The position numbers and the translations under genes were made by a program. A DNA stretch of 43,207 nucleotides from an uncultured Rhizobiaceae bacterium (GTDB lineage: Bacteria > Pseudomonadota > Alphaproteobacteria > Rhizobiales > Aestuariivirgaceae), in NCBI GenBank assembly GCA_964461545.1, contig CAYWVA010000001.1:1-43207 (forward strand), written 5' to 3'. Below the pieces are notes generated by a model. The model made no database searches. It had not been told where the DNA came from and was given only the letters and a program-made list of their open reading frames with translations. Positions 1 to 8,376 of the stretch are shown here, piece by piece; positions within the stretch are counted from its first letter, which is position 1, and each line of letters starts with the position of its first letter.

Positions 1-1420
1 CGCTTGTCCGGCGGTCGATGAAGCGCTGCGTCAATCGTTCGTGCAAGGCGTCCGAAAGGCGATCCTCGATCTCGCGCGCCCGGGCCTGCCAGTACAGCGG
101 ATCGGCGAGCCAGTCTGCCCGGTTGGCTACAAAAGTCCAGGTCCTCACATGTGCGATCCGGTTGGACAAGGTGTCAATATCGCCTTCTGCCCGGTTGCAA
201 AAGCTGAGCTGACGGGCAAACCAATCGTCAGGGATGCGACCCGGTTCCACCATAATGAAGCGATAGATCTGGGCAATGATGTTGGCATGCTCGGCCGCCG
301 AGACGTTTCGGTAATCGGGAATTTGGCACACTTCCCAAAGCCGCACCACAGCCTCTCGGCCTGAACCCAGCGCGACGATGGTCTCGTCCCGGCTCAGCGT
401 GTCGAGCGCAGCAAGGTCCGGTGAGGCCAACGCCCGCGTCAGCCGGGGATGACTGGGGGCAGCGGTGAGCGAGGCCTGAAGCCTTTCGACGGATGAATAC
501 TCAAGCTCGTGATTGCGCCACTGCAGTACTCGAAGCGGCTCGAACCGGTGGTCCTCGAGTCGCTCGATCAGTTCAGGCTCGAACGCTTCGGCCTTGCCGG
601 TCACGCCGAAGGTGCCATCATTCATATGGCGACCGGCCCGTCCAGCGATCTGGGCGAGCTCGGCAGCGGTGAGGTTGCGCTGCTGAATGCCGTCGAATTT
701 CCGCCGCGCGGCGAATGCCACATGGTCAACGTCCATGTTGAGCCCCATGCCGATGGCATCGGTGGCCACCAGATAATCGACCTCGCCGGATTGGTAGAGG
801 GCCACCTGGGCATTGCGGGTGCGAGGGCTCAAGGCGCCGAGCACCACCGCAGCGCCGCCGCGATGGCGGCGGACGAGTTCGGCAAGGGCGTAGACCGTCT
901 CGGCGGAGAAAGCGACAATGGCCGAGCGCCGCGGCAGGCGGGTGATCTTCTTCTGGCCGGCCCAGCTGAGCCTTGAAAAGCGCGGTCGGCTGATGAAACG
1001 GGTGTCGGGAAGCAGGTCCTCGACCGCTCCGCGCATTGTCTGGGCGCCAAGCAGCATGGTCTCGTCGCGGCCGCGCCGATGGAGCAACCGGTCAGTGAAG
1101 ATGTGGCCGCGCTCGAAATCGCCGGCGAGCTGGACCTCGTCGATGGCCACGAACGAAACCTCGATGTCGGACGGCATCGCCTCTACCGTGCATACCCAGT
1201 AGCGCGGCTCGGGCGGTATGATCTTTTCTTCCCCCGTCACCAGCGCCACTGCACCATCGCCTGTCCGCAGACGCACTCGGTCGTAGACCTCGCGTGCCAG
1301 CAACCTGAGCGGCAAACCGATCATGCCGCTCGGCGAGCCAAGCATGCGCTCGACGGCCAGGTGCGTCTTGCCGGTGTTGGTGGGCCCAAGGACGGCGGTG
1401 ACGTTGCGGGCAGCAGGCAT
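1..1420 (-). CDS. ATP-dependent helicase, Suv3-like / helicase-related protein (3' end runs off the window start)
   Basis: Absent from the ORF track because no stop lies in the window. Manual minus-strand translation from the ATG at 1420-1418 gives MPAARNVTAVLGPTNTGKTHLAVERML... It carries Walker A GPTNTGKT, AIDEVQL (DExQ box), VATDAIGMGLN and GRAGR motifs. The frame stays open to position 2. Confidence 0.85.
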   Translation of the reverse strand, partial: MPAARNVTAVLGPTNTGKTHLAVERMLGSPSGMIGLPLRLLAREVYDRVRLRTGDGAVALVTGEEKIIPPEPRYWVCTVEAMPSDIEVSFVAIDEVQLAGDFERGHIFTDRLLHRRGRDETMLLGAQTMRGAVEDLLPDTRFISRPRFSRLSWAGQKKITRLPRRSAIVAFSAETVYALAELVRRHRGGAAVVLGALSPRTRNAQVALYQSGEVDYLVATDAIGMGLNMDVDHVAFAARRKFDGIQQRNLTAAELAQIAGRAGRHMNDGTFGVTGKAEAFEPELIERLEDHRFEPLRVLQWRNHELEYSSVERLQASLTAAPSHPRLTRALASPDLAALDTLSRDETIVALGSGREAVVRLWEVCQIPDYRNVSAAEHANIIAQIYRFIMVEPGRIPDDWFARQLSFCNRAEGDIDTLSNRIAHVRTWTFVANRADWLADPLYWQARAREIEDRLSDALHERLTQRFIDRRTS

Positions 1421-1544
1421 GAAACAGTGACCGGAAACTCAATCCACGAGGTTGCAGTTACGATGCGGGCGATCGCTGGCGCTTGCTTGACCCTATCGGC
1501 GTCCTTTCCGATGTATGGGTCTGGAACCACTTGTTCAACCTCTT

Positions 1545-1559
1545 GAACGTAGCACGAAC
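1545..1559. promoter_or_regulatory. LexA (SOS) box-like direct repeat GAAC-N7-GAAC
   Basis: Exact GAACgtagcacGAAC, 125-139 nt upstream of the helicase ATG. It matches the alphaproteobacterial LexA-box form also seen upstream of imuA in this window. Confidence 0.45.
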
Positions 1560-1590
1560 AAAATTTGACCGAATCAGGGAATGGGTGCCT

Positions 1591-1605
1591 GTTCGTTCTT
1601 CGTTC
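1591..1605. promoter_or_regulatory. LexA (SOS) box-like direct repeat GTTC-N7-GTTC
   Basis: Exact GTTCgttcttcGTTC in the opposite orientation to the 1545 box, in the same 636-bp intergenic gap. Confidence 0.45.
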
Positions 1606-2056
1606 GCGGGTGGTTCACCGTGAATCGGCAGTAATCCACAGGTTTTCCACAGGTGTCTCGTTCGGTACGATGGGCCGCATGCCTGGAGAGGGCCTGCCAG
1701 AGTAAACCGGCGGTAGGCTTTCTCTAGCCGGCGGCAGCCGTGGTCGTTAAGGATGCGGAGAAAGCACGAACGGATCATGGCCGAATCGCTCTGGGCACAG
1801 CGTTCCCGGTTTATCCCAGTCCTATTTTGAGAGGTTTGAGGGTCGATTCCGCAAAATGTGGTTAGACTAGTTGTACGCGCAGCGCGATGAGCGTGCAGCC
1901 GACTGCTTCGCTGTTAACGGTTCGTCCCGTCTCGGGACAAGAGGGCGGGCTCTTCAGGTTAATCCCCCCGCCCCCGGTAGCCCGCAGCGATGCGGTTGCG
2001 CCCGCCCCGGCGACGGCCCATAAAAGGCCGTTCTTCAGAGCGACGAGGTATCCCCG

Positions 2057-3661
2057 ATGAGCACGGAGATCAGCGTCGGCGAGGCGATCGTCGAACTGCT
2101 CGAGGCCTATGGCGTCGACACGGTTTTCGGTATTCCCGGCGTGCACAATGTCGAGATGTACCGGGCCTTGCCGCGCTCTAAGATCCGCCACGTCTTGACG
2201 CGCCACGAGCAGGGCGCGGGCTTCATGGCGGACGGCTATGCCCGGGCCACCGGCCGGCCGGGCATTTGCTTCACCATTACCGGCCCGGGGCTCACCAACA
2301 TTCTCACGCCCATGGGTCAAGCGTGGTCGGATTCCGTGCCGATGCTCGTCATCTCCACCGCCCTCGACGTCGCCGACCAGGCCTTCGGTCGCGGCCGCCT
2401 GCATGAGATGCGCGACCAGCGCGGTGCGGCCCGTTGCGTGGTCGAACCGGCCGTCACTGCGAATTCGGGCCACGACGTCCAGGACGCCATGGCTGCGGCG
2501 TTTTCAGGCTTTGCCAGCACACGTCCGCGTCCGGCTTATCTCGAAGTGCCCATCGACGTGCTGAAATCGCCCGCCGCGACAGGCTGGTTACCCAGACTCC
2601 TCGCTAAAGCGCCTCATCCGGCACGCGAGGACGTTGCAAAGGTCGCAGCTCTGTTAGGCGACGCTGAGCGGCCGGTGATGATCGTCGGCGGCGGTGCGCG
2701 CCGGTTGAGCGCTGCGGTCACCGCGATCGCCGAGCGCGCGGGTGCAGTCGTATTCACCACCATCGCGGCCAAGGGCGTCATGCCCGATGACCATCCGTTG
2801 CACGCCGGCGCGGTGCTGCCCAGTGACGCAGCCATCTCGATCATCGAACGGGCCGACGTGGTTCTGGCGGTGGGGACCGAGATTGCCGAAACCGACTTGT
2901 GGCACAAGCACATAACCATGACCGGCGCACTGATCCGCGTCGACCTCGATCCGTCGATGCTGGCGCGGCCTTACCCGGCGAGCCTGCCGATCCTTGCCGA
3001 TGCCAGCGCCACCCTGAATGCAATTATGGCGGCACTGTCGGGACAGGCGGACGGCGTCCAGGGGCTCGCTGCTGCCGACCAGGTGATAGCGCTGCGCCGC
3101 GCCTTGGTGGCTGAAGACGATGAGTTGCGCACCACTCTGCGACGTGTGCTGGAGACCATACGGGAGGGGCTTCCCGAAGAGACCATCGTCGCTTCCGACA
3201 TGACCCAGATTGCTTATGCCGCCAACGAGATCTTCCCCATGAACCGGCCCGGCCAGTGGCTCCATCCGGTCGGGTTCGGTACGCTGGGTTATGCGCTGCC
3301 GGCCGCCATCGGCGCCAAGGCCGGACATTCGGAAGCCCCCGTAGCGGCGCTGATCGGCGACTACGGCTTCCAGTATACAGTAGCCGAGCTTGGTACCGCC
3401 GCTGAGCTCGGCCAAGCTCTGGTCATCCTCTTGTGGAACAACGACTCCCTCGGCCAGATTCGCGACGACATGGTGAGGAAGGGCATTCAACCCACCGCGG
3501 TGACTACCAAGAATCCCGACTTTCAGCTTCTATTCCGGGCCTATGGCTGTTACGCCGAGAAGCCGGCAAGCGTTAAAGAGATCGCTCCGGCAATCGGGCG
3601 CGCACTGGCCGCCGATCGCCCGACCCTGATCGAGTTGACCCCGCGCATGGTCGGCCTGTGA
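2057..3661 (+). CDS. Thiamine-diphosphate-dependent enzyme, acetolactate-synthase-like (resembles the 5-guanidino-2-oxopentanoate decarboxylase family)
   Basis: 534-aa ORF. The N-terminal Pyr domain reads VELLEAYGVDTVFGIPGVHNVEMY...RHEQGAGFMADGYARATGRPG...TGPGLTN. The C-terminal ThDP-binding region reads IGDYGFQYTVAELGTA...LLWNND. GAGG lies upstream of the ATG. Confidence 0.9.
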   Translation: MSTEISVGEAIVELLEAYGVDTVFGIPGVHNVEMYRALPRSKIRHVLTRHEQGAGFMADGYARATGRPGICFTITGPGLTNILTPMGQAWSDSVPMLVISTALDVADQAFGRGRLHEMRDQRGAARCVVEPAVTANSGHDVQDAMAAAFSGFASTRPRPAYLEVPIDVLKSPAATGWLPRLLAKAPHPAREDVAKVAALLGDAERPVMIVGGGARRLSAAVTAIAERAGAVVFTTIAAKGVMPDDHPLHAGAVLPSDAAISIIERADVVLAVGTEIAETDLWHKHITMTGALIRVDLDPSMLARPYPASLPILADASATLNAIMAALSGQADGVQGLAAADQVIALRRALVAEDDELRTTLRRVLETIREGLPEETIVASDMTQIAYAANEIFPMNRPGQWLHPVGFGTLGYALPAAIGAKAGHSEAPVAALIGDYGFQYTVAELGTAAELGQALVILLWNNDSLGQIRDDMVRKGIQPTAVTTKNPDFQLLFRAYGCYAEKPASVKEIAPAIGRALAADRPTLIELTPRMVGL

Positions 3662-4356
3662 ACCGACCGGCCGCCGCCGTGGTATTTGACGTTGACGGCG
3701 TTCTGCTCGAGCTCACGCCGGCCGAAGAAGATGCTTTTTTCGCCCCGTTCGAGACGCTGTATGGCATCACGGGCCTGTCTCGCGACTGGGACAGCTATCG
3801 TGTGCGCAATGACGAGGACATCATCAAGGAGATACTGGAGTGGCACTTTGGCCGCCCGCCAAAGGCAGACGGGGTAGCGCGGCACTTGGGAGAATATTGC
3901 GCAGGGCTCGAGGACGGCTACCGCTGCGGTCGCCTCAAGGTCGAGCTGATCCCCGGCGCCCGTGAACTGCTCGATACACTGGCACCCGTGCCCGGGCTGG
4001 CGCTCGGGATCGCAACTGCCAATGTCCTGCGCGCCGCTGAGATTCGGCTTGTTGAGGTCGGGCTGTGGGAGCCGGTCAGTGCCTATGCCTGCGGCGCCGA
4101 TGGCGGCGGCCATAAGCGAGATGTGCTGTCGCGGGTCATCGATCGCCTCGCCGTGCCGCGCGAGCACATCATTTATGTCGGCGACAACCTGAACGATCTT
4201 GAAGCCGGACGGGCGACGGGGGTGCATTTTATCGGCTTTGCCGTTGAGCCCTCACGGCGTGACCGACTAACCGCCGCCGGGGCCGAGAACGTGAGCGGCG
4301 ACCATCGCACCACGCTCGGCCTCATCAACTCGGCGCTGAGCATTCTATGCTGCTGA
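3658..4356 (+). CDS. HAD-superfamily hydrolase (phosphatase-like)
   Basis: The GTG start overlaps the upstream stop (GTGA). Motif I is VVFDVDGVLLE and motif III/IV is YVGDNLNDLEAG. Confidence 0.85.
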   Translation: MNRPAAAVVFDVDGVLLELTPAEEDAFFAPFETLYGITGLSRDWDSYRVRNDEDIIKEILEWHFGRPPKADGVARHLGEYCAGLEDGYRCGRLKVELIPGARELLDTLAPVPGLALGIATANVLRAAEIRLVEVGLWEPVSAYACGADGGGHKRDVLSRVIDRLAVPREHIIYVGDNLNDLEAGRATGVHFIGFAVEPSRRDRLTAAGAENVSGDHRTTLGLINSALSILCC

Positions 4357-4499
4357 GCTTCGCCTGCAGCCGCTTGCGGATCGTCTGGCAAAGCCCTGTG
4401 AACCGGCTTGTCCTCGACGCGTCTCCGGCGCCGTTCGGCCGCGTGGAGTCTGATCTCGACGAGCCGCGTCTTCTCGGGATGCTTGAGGAACTTCTCCAG
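4335..4499 (-). pseudogene. Remnant of a group II intron reverse transcriptase/maturase ORF (short, frameshifted fragment)
   Basis: The minus strand reads LEKFLKHPEKTRLVEIRLHAAERRRRRVEDKP. This resembles the conserved RT-domain stretch ...LHPEKTRLIEFGRHAA.RR..RG.GKPETF... that I recall from rhizobial intron RTs. A second frame gives F.GLCQTIRKRLQAKLSSIE, resembling ...RKT.R.R..AKL.EIK. There is no start codon and no other RT domains, and it sits between the convergent HAD and mttB-family genes. Confidence 0.45.
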
Positions 4500-4543
4500 T
4501 CGACATTACTTTAACGTGGTATGAGGCATCCCCGACAGCCCGC

Positions 4544-6082
4544 TCAGCTCGCCATCGGGATCAGCTCCTCCTTGCGCCGGGCCATGTAGGCCTGGAGCGC
4601 CTCGTCGATGGCCGGGTCCATGGGCGGCGGCTCGTAGTCGGCCAGCAGCCTCTTCCACAGCACGCACGCCCGTTGTGTTGCCGTCCTGGCCCCATCGTCT
4701 TCCCAGTTTTCGTAATTGCGCCAGTCGGAGATGAGCGGCTCATAGAAGGCGGTGGCAAAGCGAGCAAGCGTATGGTTTTCGCCGAAGAAATGCCCGCCTG
4801 GTGGCACCGCTTTGATGGCCTCCAGAGCCAGTGCGTCGTCGCTGACGTCGAGGGGCTTGAGCGTCTCGGCCCAGGCGCGGATCATCTCGGCATCGATCAC
4901 CGTCTTTTCCATCGAAGCGGTGAGCCCGCCTTCCAGCCAACCGAGACCATGGTGGACAAGATTGGCGTGGCCCATCACCACCGCCCACAGCGACAGGCCA
5001 CTTTCGTAAGTGGACTGGGCGTCTACGGTGTTTGAGGCGTTTACGTTGGAGGACCGGTAAGGCAGGTTGAAGCGGCGGGCGATCTGGCCGCCGGCGAGCA
5101 CCGCCTTGACATACTCCGGCGTGCCGAAGGCCGGCGCCCCGGACTTCATGTCGACGTTGGACGTGAAGCCGCCGAGCATGATCGGGGCGCCTGCCCGCAC
5201 CATCTGCGAGAACGCGATGACGGCGAGTGCCTCGGCCGTTTGCTGAACCAGGGCGCCGGCGATGGTGACCGGGCTCATAGCGCCAGCCAGAGTGAACGGC
5301 GTGATCGCCGTCACCTGCCCGTGCTCGGCGAAGGCCATCAGGCCGTCGAGCAGTTCCTCGTCGACGCGGCGCGGCGAATTGACGTTGAACGACGTCACGA
5401 CCGAGGGTCGATCCGCCATGTCCTCGAGCCGCAGGCCCTGGCCGATGGCGACCATCTCGATGCCGTCAAGCGCCCGGAAGGCGCTCACCGAGCGGATCAT
5501 CACCGGCCGGTCGGAGTAGCGCAGAATCGCATACGTGTTGTCCAGGTGGCGGGTGGGAACCGGCAAATCGAGCGGCTCCACGACCGCGCCGCCGATCAAA
5601 TGGCAGACGTTCAGCGCCTGGTTGAGTTTGATCAGGTCGCACAGCGCCTCATAGGTGCCCGGACGACGGCCGCGCTCGATGTCGGAGATATTGGGAGGAC
5701 TGCCGACCGTATTGAAATTGATCCGGTTGCCGCCAAGCCAAGTGTTACGCTCGGGGTTACGGGCGCAGAGCGGGATCTTGGCTGGTGCCAGCGCAACGAA
5801 ATGATCGATCACCTCACGACCGATGCGAACCATCTGACTGGCTTGGTCGACTTCAGCACCATTGGCCTTGAGGATCGCCAGCGCCCGGGCGGAACGGAAT
5901 TCGAGCCCCGCCTCCTCGATCACCCGATAAGCCGCCGCAATGATCCGCTGCATGGCCTCGGCGTCGAGCACCTCCACCGGCGGCCATGGATTGTCCAGCG
6001 GCGGCAGCGGCGCGTTGCGGGGTGCCGCTCGGCTCCGCTCCGGACGAGCGCGGCGGCGACCCTTGTCTTGCTCTTCGCTCAT
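4544..6082 (-). CDS. MttB-superfamily methyltransferase (non-pyrrolysine; quaternary-amine/glycine-betaine type)
   Basis: 512-aa uninterrupted ORF, so no in-frame TAG. The Arg-rich N-terminus followed by ...VLDAEAMQRIIAAAYRVIEEAGLEF...ILKANGAEVD and the overall layout are typical of trimethylamine-methyltransferase-family proteins. Confidence 0.8.
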   Translation of the reverse strand: MSEEQDKGRRRARPERSRAAPRNAPLPPLDNPWPPVEVLDAEAMQRIIAAAYRVIEEAGLEFRSARALAILKANGAEVDQASQMVRIGREVIDHFVALAPAKIPLCARNPERNTWLGGNRINFNTVGSPPNISDIERGRRPGTYEALCDLIKLNQALNVCHLIGGAVVEPLDLPVPTRHLDNTYAILRYSDRPVMIRSVSAFRALDGIEMVAIGQGLRLEDMADRPSVVTSFNVNSPRRVDEELLDGLMAFAEHGQVTAITPFTLAGAMSPVTIAGALVQQTAEALAVIAFSQMVRAGAPIMLGGFTSNVDMKSGAPAFGTPEYVKAVLAGGQIARRFNLPYRSSNVNASNTVDAQSTYESGLSLWAVVMGHANLVHHGLGWLEGGLTASMEKTVIDAEMIRAWAETLKPLDVSDDALALEAIKAVPPGGHFFGENHTLARFATAFYEPLISDWRNYENWEDDGARTATQRACVLWKRLLADYEPPPMDPAIDEALQAYMARRKEELIPMAS

Positions 6083-6104
6083 CCTTGGCTCCGCGATCGG
6101 ATCA

Positions 6105-6114
6105 GGTCAGACCA
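6105..6114. promoter_or_regulatory. GGTCAGACCA palindromic (GntR-type) box upstream of the mttB-family gene
   Basis: GGTC-A-GACC inverted repeat 23-32 nt upstream of the ATG at 6082. The same 10-mer occurs at 19550-19559 in the ABC-operon promoter region. Confidence 0.3.
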
Positions 6115-6149
6115 GGCGCGGGGACCGTAGCCCAACGGCTGCGGCAAGG

Positions 6150-6539
6150 CTACCGGCTCGACAACCCCAGATCCCGGACGACCACCACCTTAAACGTCCG
6201 CAGCACTTCGTCATGCTCGCGGATCGAGACATATTCGCCCAAGCGGAAGCGGTGATCGGAAAACCGGTAGCCGGTTTCGTCGTCATCCTCGTTGCCGTGG
6301 ATGTCGTAGTGGAACGCCCAACTCCCGCCAGCCTTGCGCACCAAATGGCCAAGCTCGTCAGGCTCGCCCTCCCAGAAGCGCTTGACCCGGCACCTGTCCC
6401 GACTGGCTCGCCAGGCTTCGACGTCGATCCGGTCGTCGTCGTCGAGCGGCGCAACGAACTCGTAGCCGTGGGCGCGGCTGCCCGAGGGGAACTCTTCATC
6501 GCGCGCCAGCTCCATCCTGATCCACTTGAGCACTGCCAT
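6150..6539 (-). CDS. Hypothetical acidic protein, 129 aa
   Basis: An ATG at 6539 is preceded by GGAGGA with 5-nt spacing, and the TTG at 6551 given in the track lies inside that RBS. The amino-acid composition is protein-like (MAVLKWIRMELARDEEFPSGS...). It lies between usp and the mttB-family gene on the same strand. I recognise no domain. Confidence 0.6.
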   Translation of the reverse strand: MAVLKWIRMELARDEEFPSGSRAHGYEFVAPLDDDDRIDVEAWRASRDRCRVKRFWEGEPDELGHLVRKAGGSWAFHYDIHGNEDDDETGYRFSDHRFRLGEYVSIREHDEVLRTFKVVVVRDLGLSSR

Positions 6540-6563
6540 GTAATCCTCCAACTGAATCTCGCC

Positions 6564-7406
6564 TTAGTGGGACATGAGAACCGGCACAGTCATGCTTTGC
6601 AGGATATACCGGGTGGTGCCGCCGAACACGAACTCGCGCAGGCGGGTGTGTCCATAGGCTCCGATCACCAGGAGGTCGGCCCCAAGGTCGGCCACGTGCA
6701 CTAGCAGCGCCTGTCCGGCCGTCATGCCGTCCCCCACCACGGTCCCGGCCGACGCCGCCGCGCCATGTCGCGACAGAGACCGGGCCAAATCAGCGCCGAG
6801 AAACGAACCGGCCTGTGTCCGCTTGTTCTGGATCTCCACCCAGGTCACATGCACCGCCTCGGCGTGGCACAGCAAAGGTGCGGCATCGAACACGGCGCGC
6901 GCCGCCTCGCGGGTGGCGTTCCATCCGATGACCGCAATGCGACCGCAGCTGCTGAAATGACCCGACTGCGGCACCAGGAGCAACGGGCGTCCGGTCTCCA
7001 TCAACACCCGCTGGGCGAAATCGAGCTCGACGCCGGCTTCGCTATTGCGGTCGACCTGGCTGGCGATGATGAGGTCCGAGCCCAGCGCCCGCTCGACGAC
7101 CGGGTCAGCGATTAGCGGCGAAGGCGATTCGACAAGCTGCCACTCCCCTTCAAGCCCATTGCGGAGCATTATGTCCTCGAACTGGGCTTTCACCTCCTCG
7201 CTGCGCGCGCTGAAAAACTCCCGATGGCTCTCGAAAACCTGCGCCGTCATCTGAAAGCGGGCCGAAGAAGGCAGCCGCACCGCGGGAACGACATAGAGGC
7301 CGATGACATGGGCGCCCTGCTTTTGAGCGATGCTTGCGGCAACGTCGAGCAGGACTTGCGTCCGGTTTACCTCGTTGAGGCAAACGAGGATCGTTTTGAA
7401 CGCCAT
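6564..7406 (-). CDS. Universal stress protein, tandem UspA domains
   Basis: MAFKTILVCLNE...HVIGLYVVP and a second domain ending GAYGHTRLREFVFGGTTRYILQSMTVPVLMSH. The start was chosen at the ATG at 7406, which has AGGAGG 7 nt upstream. The track ORF begins 21 nt earlier. Confidence 0.85.
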   Translation of the reverse strand: MAFKTILVCLNEVNRTQVLLDVAASIAQKQGAHVIGLYVVPAVRLPSSARFQMTAQVFESHREFFSARSEEVKAQFEDIMLRNGLEGEWQLVESPSPLIADPVVERALGSDLIIASQVDRNSEAGVELDFAQRVLMETGRPLLLVPQSGHFSSCGRIAVIGWNATREAARAVFDAAPLLCHAEAVHVTWVEIQNKRTQAGSFLGADLARSLSRHGAAASAGTVVGDGMTAGQALLVHVADLGADLLVIGAYGHTRLREFVFGGTTRYILQSMTVPVLMSH

Positions 7407-7584
7407 GGCGAAACCTCCTAGGCTCAAGCGCGATCATATCGCTGGCAGAGACCGAAATGCCAGTCCTTCACCTGAATCGAGCCGGCGGAGTCCGCCACCA
7501 TCCCGCAATCGGCTGTGCAGCAACGGTGGAACCCGGGGGAGTGGCTAGGCCTTTTCCCTGCTGACACCTGCCACCCATCGTAAT

Positions 7585-8376
7585 ATGCCATCACCCAATT
7601 CGAAGACCGCCTTCAGTCCAGCCAGCAAGCGCTCACGCATTACCACCTATAACGTGCATCGCTGCCTGGGGGTCGATGGCCAGTTGTCGCCGCGGCGCAT
7701 CGCGGAGGTGATTGCGGCTTGCGAGCCGGACATCGTGGCCTTGCAGGAGCTCGACGTCGGCCGGCTGAGAACTGGCGGCGTCGACCAGGCTCATGCCATC
7801 GCCACCGAGCTCGGCATGGATCTGCACTTCCATCCCGCCGTGAAAGTGATGGAGGAACTCTATGGCGATGCCATCCTCACCGCACGGCCATCCCGGCTGA
7901 TCAAGGCAGGAGCCCTGCCCGGACCGGCGCGCTGGCCAGAGCTCGAGCCGCGGGGGGTGCTGTGGGCCGTGATTGACATGGACGGCACCGAGCTCAACGT
8001 GATCAATACTCATCTGGGCCTGAGCCGGCCGGATCGAAAGGCCCAGGTCGAAGAGCTTCTCGGACCCAGATGGCTCGGCGATCCGCGCTGCCAGGACCCA
8101 CTCATCCTGCTCGGCGACTTCAACGCACCACCGCGCTCGGGCGCCTATCGGCGACTTGCTCGCGAGCTACGCGATGCCCAGATCGCCGCCGGCCATCGCT
8201 GGCCCAAAGCGACCTTTCCGGCCTATCTCCCGGTGCTGCGCATCGATCACGTCTTCGTGAGCGAGTCGGTGGAGGTGCTCGCCGCCACGGTGGTACGCAC
8301 CGATCTCACCCGGGTCGCATCTGACCATCTGCCGCTCAGCGTCGATGTTCGCCTGCGATTGGGAGAAGGCGGTTGA
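7585..8376 (+). CDS. Endonuclease/exonuclease/phosphatase (EEP) family protein, YbhP-like
   Basis: ITTYNVHRCLG...PDIVALQELD...INTHLGL...LLGDFN...SDHLPL are the EEP catalytic motifs. Confidence 0.85.
   Translation: MPSPNSKTAFSPASKRSRITTYNVHRCLGVDGQLSPRRIAEVIAACEPDIVALQELDVGRLRTGGVDQAHAIATELGMDLHFHPAVKVMEELYGDAILTARPSRLIKAGALPGPARWPELEPRGVLWAVIDMDGTELNVINTHLGLSRPDRKAQVEELLGPRWLGDPRCQDPLILLGDFNAPPRSGAYRRLARELRDAQIAAGHRWPKATFPAYLPVLRIDHVFVSESVEVLAATVVRTDLTRVASDHLPLSVDVRLRLGEGG

Noticed and set aside
1632-1655. DnaA-box-like TAATCCACA / TTTTCCACA pair as a replication origin
   Set aside because: There are only two imperfect boxes and no adjacent AT-rich unwinding element. None of the usual alphaproteobacterial origin neighbours (hemE, dnaA, parAB and the like) are present. 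It is kept only as a possible regulatory repeat in the first finding.
1458-1778. 106-aa minus-strand ORF in the helicase upstream gap
   Set aside because: The composition is Cys/His/Arg-rich and not protein-like (MIRSCFLRILNDHGCRRLEKAYRRF...). There is no RBS and it spans the LexA-type boxes, so it is probably non-coding.
1860-2056. TPP (thiamine) riboswitch or other known leader upstream of the ThDP-dependent enzyme
   Set aside because: Several short GC hairpins are present (GTCCCG-tct-CGGGAC at 1924-1938; ACGGCC-cataaaa-GGCCGT at 2013-2031). I could not find the conserved CUGAGA / ACCUGAUCUGGAUAAUGCCAGCG-type TPP-riboswitch cores, and ThDP-using enzymes are not typical riboswitch targets.
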